The position numbers and the translations under genes were made by a program. A stretch of 63,747 bases of DNA, filler included, from Octopus bimaculoides (taxonomy: Eukaryota), in assembly GCF_001194135.2 (NCBI RefSeq). It is 5 parts of 5 records of this genome, joined end to end, with 100 filler letters (N's around TTAATTAATTAA, not from the genome) between each part and the next. Parts side by side here need not be neighbours in the genome. Positions count along the whole stretch, not along the records: positions 53,679 to 59,667 come from NC_069000.1; positions 59,768 to 63,747 come from NC_069003.1; 3 more parts are not named here. One strand, written 5' to 3'. This document shows, piece after piece, positions 54,633-63,747 of this stretch (its first letter is position 1; every line of letters starts with the position of its first letter). The notes under the pieces are model-generated. The model was not told where the DNA came from. It saw only the letters and a program-made list of their open reading frames with translations, and searched no databases.

Positions 54633-55309
54633 NNNNNNNNNNNNNNNNNNNNNNNNNNNNNNNNNNNNNNNNNNNNNNNNNNNNNNNNNNNNNNNNNNNN
54701 NNNNNNNNNNNNNNNNNNNNNNNNNNNNNNNNNNNNNNNNNNNNNNNNNNNNNNNNNNNNNNNNNNNNNNNNNNNNNNNNNNNNNNNNNNNNNNNNNNNN
54801 NNNNNNNNNNNNNNNNNNNNNNNNNNNNNNNNNNNNNNNNNNNNNNNNNNNNNNNNNNNNNNNNNNNNNNNNNNNNNNNNNNNNNNNNNNNNNNNNNNNN
54901 NNNNNNNNNNNNNNNNNNNNNNNNNNNNNNNNNNNNNNNNNNNNNNNNNNNNNNNNNNNNNNNNNNNNNNNNNNNNNNNNNNNNNNNNNNNNNNNNNNNN
55001 NNNNNNNNNNNNNNNNNNNNNNNNNNNNNNNNNNNNNNNNNNNNNNNNNNNNNNNNNNNNNNNNNNNNNNNNNNNNNNNNNNNNNNNNNNNNNNNNNNNN
55101 NNNNNNNNNNNNNNNNNNNNNNNNNNNNNNNNNNNNNNNNNNNNNNNNNNNNNNNNNNNNNNNNNNNNNNNNNNNNNNNNNNNNNNNNNNNNNNNNNNNN
55201 NNNNNNNNNNNNNNNNNNNNNNNNNNNNNNNNNNNNNNNNNNNNNNNNNNNTATATATATATACATATACATATATATATATATACATTCAGATATATAT
55301 ATATATATA

Positions 55310-55534
55310 TTACGGAGATGTACTTGCATAGCAAGTGACTTGATCTGGGATCGTGTGCTGGAACGAAAACAGTTGCAGCGTACAAGGTGTTTATAAGCCA
55401 TTTAAAATAACACACAAAAGCCGTTAGATTCACATCAACATTTAAATTTAATTTGTCAAAATATTTTCTTAGCTTTGAGACCGCGACCTTTTCACTGACA
55501 AAATTCCGTGCTGCACGGAATTTTTGTCAGTGAA
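55310..55534 (-). mobile_element. Dispersed-repeat remnant (probably Penelope-like) with a hammerhead-like motif and terminal palindrome
   Basis: Hammerhead-shaped fold at 55452-55502 (minus strand); 44-bp near-perfect palindrome at 55491-55534. Confidence 0.4.
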
Positions 55535-55579
55535 CAGTGAACATTCAAATGCTGATGGAATATCTTCCGTATCATGCAG

Positions 55580-57891
55580 ATGAAGTAGCGCTCATAGCGG
55601 CGTTGGATAGAATAGTCAAAGCTTGTCATGCCATCTATTTTTTTTTTTTTTTTGTAATTGACCTTTGATGTGCTTCAACTTTCATGAAACTTTGTTTCGT
55701 GTGGGGAGATCACAATGGACAACAGTATTCAAGGTGGGGGTCGGTCAATAGTAGAGAAGGGAAGGATAATGGTGTGGCTATCTCTCGACTGGAAAGTTCT
55801 GAGCATCCAGGAGCACTTTCTGCGGACATGTCAACTTTGCTGTTTAGATGAGCGGCCCAGCTTATGTTGTTGTTCACAATTACTCCCAAGTCTCTGATGC
55901 TGTTGGATGCCATGTGACTTTCATCTAAGGAAGGGAGTATGGGAGCTTCAAGGTATCCTCCTTTCCGAAGTGGATTAAATCAAATTTGTTCTCGTTCACC
56001 AGCATATTATTCTTTTCCGCCCATTAGATGCCTAAAGGCATACCCGGTCACCCACATCATTGATGAACTTCTGGATCTTGAAATCATCTGCAAAAATCCT
56101 TATGTTACTGTGCTTGATAGTGTCAGTAATGTCATTGATGTAGATGATGAAAACAAGTGGTCCAAACACAGTGCCTTATGGAACACCACTACTGACTTTG
56201 GCTGGGCTTGGTTTTACGTCTTAGACTACAACGTGTTGGGTTCTGCCTGTCAGGAAACACTTGATCCATTGTATTAAATTTCCAGAGACACCAATGTTGG
56301 ATAGTTTTTCGAGAGGATCTTGTGATCCACCCTGTGAAAGGCCTTGCTGAAACCAAGGTAGATGACATCAGTATTCGAACCCTCTCCCAAAGCTCTCAAA
56401 ATGTCATTAAGGTGATGCAGGAGCTGCGTTAAGCAGTTCCTTCCATTACGGAACCCATATTATTTGGGGTTCAGAAGTCTGTCGCTTTCAAGGAAATGGG
56501 TTATCCATGATCTCACCACCATCTCAAATAGTTTGATGATATGAAAGGTGAGCGAGATTGGCCAGTAGTTCACTGAAAGGGACTTATTTTCCTTTTTGAT
56601 AACTGGGACAACAGACCGGGACAGAAAGTTTTCAGGAATATAACCAGTATCCAGTAAGTTCCCTCACAGATTAGCAAAAGGAGATGTAAGTTGGTATCGA
56701 CACACCTTCAGGACACAAGCCGAGAAGCTATCAGGGCCTACTGCTGAATTGTGTTTAATTTCGTTTATTGCTTCTAAGACATCAGCGGCGCCAAACGTTA
56801 TGTCCGATATAGTGTGTTGAGGATTAACATCACTGATACAGTCCGGATCGGCCATATCAGGATTGCTAGAAACAGAGCAGTACTGCTTCTGCAGTATCTC
56901 AATCATGGTTTTGGCCTTATCTTGGAGATTGCCATTTTCATCAGTTAGAGGGCCAACAGTGGAGACAGTGACCTTGTGTTTTTTCGCAAAAGAGAAGAAC
57001 ACTTTGGGGTTGAGTTTGATTTTCTCAACGACCCATTTCTCCTCAGCTTTATGCATTGTTGGAGGTTATATTTTTCTGATTCGAGTAGAGTGACAGCCGT
57101 CGAATTTGTGTGGCTGTTGGCAGTATTTTAGTTTGTTAATTTTTTTGGTTATTCCTTTAATTTTTCTGATAATCGTTTTTGTGTTTTGGGGAATTCTGCA
57201 CTTAGTTTTCACAGGTCTTGGCGGTGTGTGTTTAGCACGTATGTTTGTGACAGTGTCTACAAAGATCTGCCAAGATATTTTGATGCTAGAGGAGGTGTAT
57301 GTATGTATGAAAGACCAGTAAACATGTGATAGATCGTCTATGATTGCATCCCAGTCGGCATTATGGTATTAAATGGGTAGGCTGGAGAGAGGTGGCAGTT
57401 CCGCTCTTCCTTCTGTCAGCTCGGTCTGCGCGGATGGTTGTGAGGTTCCTCAGTTTCCCTTCGGCTTCCAAGTGGGAGTTGTCAAGGTGGGTTTCGGTAA
57501 GAATGAAGAAAGGGATGTGGTTTGAATGGTTACCAACCGAATCTTCAATGAATTGGATCTCCCATTTCTGTGCATTGATGGAGGGACTGACACCTTGAGC
57601 ATTGAGTAGAAATGTAGAGGCTAGCGTAGTGGCGGGTTCTGACTGTTGCAGGGGGCTTTCTTCCTGAGTGTGTGTTAGTGACAGTAATGTGGGGAGCTGG
57701 TGCAATGAGGCAATAGCATAGGATGGTATTGAGTGATTGCTAAAAGATTTTTGGTGTCTCTTTTGTCAGGTTCAACATGGCTAAAAACGAATTTTCCTGC
57801 TAGAAAAGAATTTCCCTCACTGGAGGTGTGGTTGCACTGTTGGATAGGGTTGTCGTTTCTACTTTTGTTGTGATTTTTGATGTTGTTGTTG

Positions 57892-57923
<32 letters not shown>

Positions 57924-58080
57924 GGTGGTGGTGGTGGTGTTATTGTTTTTTGTGTCTTCATAAAAACACTGGACCAGCATTAATGCGGTAGGCAGTGTCT
58001 TTACTGTGGTTTGTGTGTTGGCTTGGAGCTCCATTTCTTTCAGTGCGTCGGGTCCCTGGAAGATGAGTGAAGGGACAGTC
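55580..58080 (-). mobile_element. Degenerate CR1-clade LINE (ORF1 end, APE start, RT, C-terminus)
   Basis: LLNAQG..ILTETHL..RADRADRRKSG (APE); KIKLNPKVFFSFAKKH..VGPLTDENG..SAVGPDSF..VLKVC; RT block at 55940-56660; IRDLGVIVNNNISWAAH..PHLEYCCPL*SPH. The endonuclease is internally deleted. Confidence 0.9.
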
Positions 58081-58344
58081 ACGCAACATACATACATACA
58101 TACATACATACATACATACAGAAATACCCTATTGTTGATGTTGAAATTCCAGTGAAGGAGATTTAGATCTAGGTTAGAAGATATTTTTACGTAATTGTGG
58201 TAAATATATCTGTTAAAATGAGATGTCGGTGTTATTTTCATTTTTGTGTAATTAGACGACAGTTTATTCACTGCAACTTGTACAATCAAGGTTCTTATTT
58301 TTATCTAAAATATACTGTCATTCATTCTCTACAATGCTCTTCCA

Positions 58345-59490
58345 TATATGTGGTATACTTGCAAGGCCCCTCTTCCAAAATTCACTTGTCCGTCACGAAA
58401 AATACTCCTCCACTATTGTTCTGACCTCGTCTACAGAATTCATATATTTTCCGTCCAAACGATTTTTGAAGACTACGGAATAAATGGTAATCAGATGGGG
58501 CAATGTCGGCGAACATGGTAGGTGGGGTATCGTTTCCCATTCAAACTGCTCTAGCCTTTGTAATGTCATCCTGACTTTATGTGGCCGAGCATTATCCGGA
58601 TGGAAGAACACATTTCACCTTAAAACCAAAGATGGTCGTTTTTCTTCTAGTGCTAATTTAAGCCGCTCAAACTGTTTGCAGCAGGTCAATTTTGTTATCA
58701 TTTGGTTTGTGTTTAAAAGTTCAAAGTAAACTAAACCATTCATATCCCACCAAACAGATAACAATACTTTACGTGGGTGATAACCTTCTTTAGCCTGGGG
58801 TGCTTGTGTTTCTCCTTTCCCTATCTATTATCTTCGACGCTTGACATTTTTGTAGAGAACCCATTTCTCGTCACCAGTTTCTATTCGGTCCAAAAAAAGT
58901 TCATTCGTGAGACATGACAACAAAGAAATGCACACATTCACATTCTGCGCGCGATTAGACTCGGAAAGTTTGAGAGGAATCCATTGACCCAATTTGCTGA
59001 CTTCCGATGGCACTCAGGTGTCGATGAATGGTTGAATGACCAAATCCAAGCTTCTCAGCTAGTTCCACAACAATTGAGATGGGATTTTATTCCACCAGGT
59101 TTTTGCTGGACATCCTCGCCGAGGTTCATCTTTTAGGCTGTAGTTTCCGGCTCAGGATTTCTGGAACTACCGTTGACACTAGCTTACGCATATTGTCCAA
59201 TTTCCATATACCGCATTAATATTCGTCGCACTTCCCGTTGCGTTGTTGCCTTTATTGAACTCATAAAGCAAATTATGAGGACTATTCTCCTTTGTCACTT
59301 CCATAATAGCTTTGAAAGAATAAATGTTAAAATCGAACTGTACTCTTCAAAACGTGCACTAAGAATAAGTACAAGGTAAAACTACTACCTGCGTTTATAC
59401 CAAGTTGATGCAGGTAGTTTATCCCGTCCCCCACCGCCTTTTAGTTAATGCGATTGAAAAAAACCACATTATTTATGGGATGACCCAATA
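58345..59490 (-). mobile_element. Mariner (DD34D) element, 3'-truncated and disrupted
   Basis: LGQWIPLKLSE..FLDRIETGDEKWVLY; HPDNARPH..PHLPCSP(D)IAPSDYHL with 34-residue D-D spacing after one frameshift; 5' TIR TATTGGGTCATCCCATAAATAATG at 59467-59490; no matching 3' TIR found. Confidence 0.9.
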
Positions 59491-59769
59491 CAAATATATA
59501 TATTTACGTTTATACCGAAATATGTACAAACATGTATGTTCAGTCCCTGTGAGAGTAATGTTGTATATTAATGCATAAAGTTACATGTATATAATGCCTA
59601 TGTATCTCCCTCTCTCGCTCTTTCTATCTCTCTCTCCCCCTCTCTCTGTATATATATATATATATATNNNNNNNNNNNNNNNNNNNNNNNNNNNNNNNNN
59701 NNNNNNNNNNNTTAATTAATTAANNNNNNNNNNNNNNNNNNNNNNNNNNNNNNNNNNNNNNNNNNNNTG

Positions 59770-60080
59770 GAAATATGCTGTGCGTGAGAAGACCCGGCAA
59801 GCCAAGTGAGACCATAATCCAAGGCCTCTGCCAGGGGTGTAGCCAGCCCACTTATGCATACCTTTCCTTCACTGGACACTAAATTCGGCTTGTGAAGACC
59901 TGTTGGGGCAAGCGAAATTGCGATAATACCTGTACCAGTGGAGCGCTAAGAGCACCGTCCGAGCGTGATCGTTGCCAGAGCAGCTGTCTGGCTTCCGTGC
60001 CAGTGGCATGTAAATAGCACCATTTGAGCGTGATCGTTACCAGCGTCGCCTTCCTGGCACTTGGGACTAGACAGAAAAAG
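59770..60080 (+). repeat. GC-richer dispersed-repeat fragment of uncertain class
   Basis: Non-coding, with the internal direct repeat GAGCGTGATCGTT at ~59961 and ~60026; lies between a gap and the Gypsy fragment. Confidence 0.4.
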
Positions 60081-60254
60081 TGAAAGTCATAGGAAGTAAC
60101 AACAAGGATAGCTACAATCTGCCAATGCCAAACATTTTTCTCTGCGGCTACAGAACATAGCATAGTCAAAGAGAAAAACAATACAAACAACAGTGTAAAA
60201 AAAAGTGCTGGTTGAAAATGACAGATGTTCCGAGTGGACTGGCTGCAGCTTGTC

Positions 60255-61055
60255 AGTTGGAGGGCCCAGAACTGAGGAAGCTGCAAAACATGCACCACAT
60301 AGGGGTTGACAGGATTTCCTTTTTGGCCAGGACGGTCGACCCTGATAACATCAGGGTGAGTGGTTGGAAAGTAGTTGCAAGTTGTGACAGGTGTCAGACC
60401 ATCGACCCTACACCTAGTGTGCATGAAACAGGAAAGATCTGCGCGAAGGAAAACTTGAAAAGGCTAGCCATAGATGTGATGCATTAACGGGGAAGGTTAT
60501 ACCTCTCGATTGTGGGCCAGGGTGAATATGGAGAGAAATCAGGACAGAAATTGCAGATGCACTGAATGCAGTGTTCTTGGAAAGAGAGCCAGTAGATGAG
60601 CTGTTGATGGACAATAGTATAATTTTTCGCTCAGAGCAGCTGAGGGAGATGCTCGAATGATGGAACATCAGACATTTCTTCAGAGTTGTGTACAGGCCTA
60701 GTGGAAATGGGATTATGGAACAACATTGCACAATCAAAGCCATAGCTGAGAGGAGACGAATCTCCCCCATGGAGGCAGTCTTCTGATACAACATTTCACC
60801 CAGGGTAGGACAAACTGAAGATTCAACCCTGCAAAGAGCCATATATCAGTACGAGTAGAAACACCCAAGCATGGTGCCGCAGCTGCCAGAATTGTAAGGG
60901 TTTGCATCTGTCCAGGTTGGAGATGAAGTATGGGTGAAGCTCCCTAATGCACAGTACACAATACAATGAGAGAAAGGAAGGGTGACTGCAATTAGTCCTC
61001 AGAATAATATATCAGTGGATGGAATGCCACGTCACATCTTGGACATTTGGAGGGC
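60255..61055 (+). mobile_element. Ty3/Gypsy integrase pseudogene fragment
   Basis: MHHIGVDRI..VVASCDRCQTIDP (HHCC), RLAIDVMH..LYLSIV, VFLEREPVDELLMDNSIIFRS, YRPSGNGIMEQHCTIK (DDE core), VGDEVWVK..VDGMPRHILD; contains stops. Confidence 0.85.
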
Positions 61056-61301
61056 AGTTAGCTCCTCTTCCGCAGGTGCCCTCAATTTTAAGCACTTTTT
61101 CATATAGCTGTCTTCATTCATACGTATCGCATGTCCAAACCAGCAGTCTTCTCTCTTGCATGCTGCATCTGATTCCTCTTACATCCAACTTTACTCTCAA
61201 TCTATTTCATTATCTATTATATTTGCACTTTATTGTACATTCACCCTGATGTTGCATATCCATCGGAGTATACTAGCTCCATTCCTCTCTAGTCACTAGA
61301 T

Positions 61302-61404
61302 CAGTGGTCCCCAACCTTTTCACTATCAAGGACCCCTTTTATTTAAATAAGTTTTCCCTCGGATCCTTTTAATATGCTTATCATTATGTATGTGTGTGTG
61401 TATA

Positions 61405-61455
<51 letters not shown>

Positions 61456-61884
61456 NNNNNNNNNNNNNNNNNNNNNNNNNNNNNNNNNNNNNNNNNNNNN
61501 NNNNNNNNNNNNNNNNNNNNNNNNNNNNNNNNNNNNNNNNNNNNNNNNNNNNNNNNNNNNNNNNNNNNNNNNNNNNNNNNNNNNNNNNNNNNNNNNNNNN
61601 NNNNNNNNNNNNNNNNNNNNNNNNNNNNNNNNNNNNNNNNNNNNNNNNNNNNNNNNNNNNNNNNNNNNCTTTTGTTATATTTCTGCTGCTTTTAAATAAA
61701 GCATATTACTCTACCTCCGGTATTTGAGTACTCTATTTTCTACCTTGTTGCACATTTATGTGCTTACTCCGGTATATATATATATATATATATATATATG
61801 TGAAATTTTGAATTTAGTTCACTGACCCCCAGTACTACCTTTGCGGACTACAGGGGCCTGCGGACGACAAGCTGCGAACCACTG
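61302..61884. mobile_element. Non-autonomous hAT (Charlie-like) element
   Basis: TIR CAGTGGTCCCCAAC / GCTGCGAACCACTG (11 of 14 match) and a perfect 8-bp TSD CACTAGAT at 61294-61301 and 61885-61892. Confidence 0.9.
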
Positions 61885-62392
61885 CACTAGATCTTAGTGA
61901 CTACCCTAGTGACACTTAATTGTACACATCTATTTCTGAATTTTTTTGCTTTTTACTTCGCTTAAAACTAGTGAACAAAAAATATACTCTGACCTAGTTT
62001 AGGTTCTAGTTTTATGATTTGAATTTCAAACCTTAGGATCATCATAGGGTCATCCTGTTAAGCATTTTATAGTCGTATTAAGTTCCTGAATGTTCATCTC
62101 TAATTCTTTGCACTCATAAATTATTGTTCCCTGCCAAATATAATAGCACCAAACCAATATACTTCTAGTTTGCTTCAAACCACAACACATTGAAGAAAGC
62201 TGCATAGACTCTTAACCAGATGAGCAAACTGGATGCAAATAAAAACCGCGTAGTGAGATGTCCATGCAGCAGAAACATATGTTGGGCAAATCTAAATTAA
62301 ATATACTGTATAATTGATTGTAATAATAAAAATATGTGTGGATGTACTATTCTCTTTATTCATTGAATTGTCTTGTGTCTGTGTATGTATGC

Positions 62393-62428
<36 letters not shown>

Positions 62429-63012
62429 NNNNNNNNNNNNNNNNNNNNNNNNNNNNNNNNNNNNNNNNNNNNNNNNNNNNNNNNNNNNNNNNNNNNNNNN
62501 NNNNNNNNNNNNNNNNNNNNNNNNNNNNNNNNNNNNNNNNNNNNNNNNNNNNNNNNNNNNNNNNNNNNNNNNNNNNNNNNNNNNNNNNNNNNNNNNNNNN
62601 NNNNNNNNNNNNNNNNNNNNNNNNNNNNNNNNNNNNNNNNNNNNNNNNNNNNNNNNNNNNNNNNNNNNNNNNNNNNNNNNNNNNNNNNNNNNNNNNNNNN
62701 NNNNNNNNNNNNNNNNNNNNNNNNNNNNNNNNNNNNNNNNNNNNNNNNNNNNNNNNNNNNNNNNNNNNNNNNNNNNNNNNNNNNNNNNNNNNNNNNNNNN
62801 NNNNNNNNNNNNNNNNNNNNNNNNNNNNNNNNNNNNNNNNNNNNNNNNNNNNNNNNNNNNNNNNNNNNNNNNNNNNNNNNNNNNNNNNNNNNNNNNNNNN
62901 NNNNNNNNNNNNNNNNNNNNNNNNNNNNNNNNNNNNNNNNNNNNNNNNNNNNNNNNNNNNNNNNNNNNNNNNNNNNNNNNNNNNNNNNNNNNNNNNNNNN
63001 NNNNNNNNNNNN

Positions 63013-63078
63013 ATAATTAATTGATTCTTCTGTAGTTTCTTTTACCCAAAGCTAGGAACTTTTCAGCACCCCCTCGTA
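63013..63078 (+). mobile_element. Mariner 3' terminus (same family as 24262-24460)
   Basis: TTTTACCCAAAGCTAGGAACTTTTCAGCACCCCCTCGTA. Confidence 0.7.
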
Positions 63079-63106
63079 GTTCTTAAAAGAATTATTTTTC
63101 AACATA

Positions 63107-63468
63107 AGCGCAGGAGTGGCTGTGTGGTAAGTAGCTTGCTTACCAACCACATGGTCCCGGGTTCAGTCCCACAGTCTTCTACTATAGCCTCGGGCCAACC
63201 AAAGCCTTGTGAGTGGATTTGGTAGACGGAAACTGAAAGAAGCCCATCGTATATATGTATATGTATATATATGTGTGTCTGTGTTTGTCTTCCCAACATC
63301 GCTTAATAACCGATGCTGGTGTGTTTACATCCCCGTAACTTAGTGACCGATAGAATAAATACTCGGCTTACAGAGAATAAGTCCTGGGGTCAATTTGCGC
63401 GACTAAAAGGCGGTGCTCCAGCATGGCCGCAGTCAAATGACTGAAACAAGTAAAAGAGTAAAAAGAGT
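63107..63468 (+). mobile_element. Near full-length SINE family A
   Basis: GCGCAGGAGTGGCTGTGTGGTAAG (A-box-like), GGGTTCAGTCCC (B-box-like), central (TA/TG)n, 3' GAAACAAGTAAAAGAG tail; several related copies in the window. Confidence 0.85.
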
Positions 63469-63747
63469 AGTAACTACAACCGTCGGAATTCTGCTTTAAG
63501 CACCACATATAAACCCTCAGAACTTTTTGTATTTTGGGGAATATTCAGTAAATTCTTAGGAATTTGTGTTCTATACATGGGAATTCATACAATTTTGAAA
63601 AAAACAAATTAATTTTTATTTCTTTTATTTCCCACACCCATAAATACTAAAATTTTCGCTCTTTTTCCAATTTGTCTTTTTAAATCAAAGTTCAAAATTC
63701 GGACAGGCTGAATGTTTTGCTTAAATCACAGCAACTGACCACATTTG

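Noticed and set aside
61250-61920. 3' LTR of the Gypsy fragment
   Set aside because: Begins with TG, but no clear polypurine tract, no CA end and no second LTR copy in the window.

Overview
Eukaryotic, AT-rich, microsatellite-saturated draft-genome sequence with many N gaps. The repeat content (SINE families with a central microsatellite, long (TA)n/(CA)n/(TACA)n tracts) resembles a coleoid cephalopod, most likely Octopus; this is inference. Most ORFs in the supplied track are microsatellite or gap artefacts. Recognisable content is transposable-element debris: an RTE LINE, a CR1-clade LINE, a DD37E Tc1-type element nested in a SINE, several mariner remnants, a maT/DD37D-like element, a Gypsy integrase fragment, a hAT MITE with 8-bp TSD, at least three tRNA-derived SINE families, and three long foldback elements at 5.7-8.2 kb. 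Three phase-compatible candidate exons (47.5, 26.8 and 6.5 kb) may form the 3' end of an unidentified minus-strand gene with ~20 kb introns (low to moderate confidence). The most interesting signal is a set of sequence-unrelated minimal type I hammerhead-ribozyme-like motifs at 0.4, 3.5, 20.5 and 55.5 kb. All have a palindromic helix III, as in Penelope-type dimeric hammerheads, and one may carry a G3:C8 swapped core. A separate structured 354-bp unit with terminal direct repeats resembles a non-LTR retrozyme.
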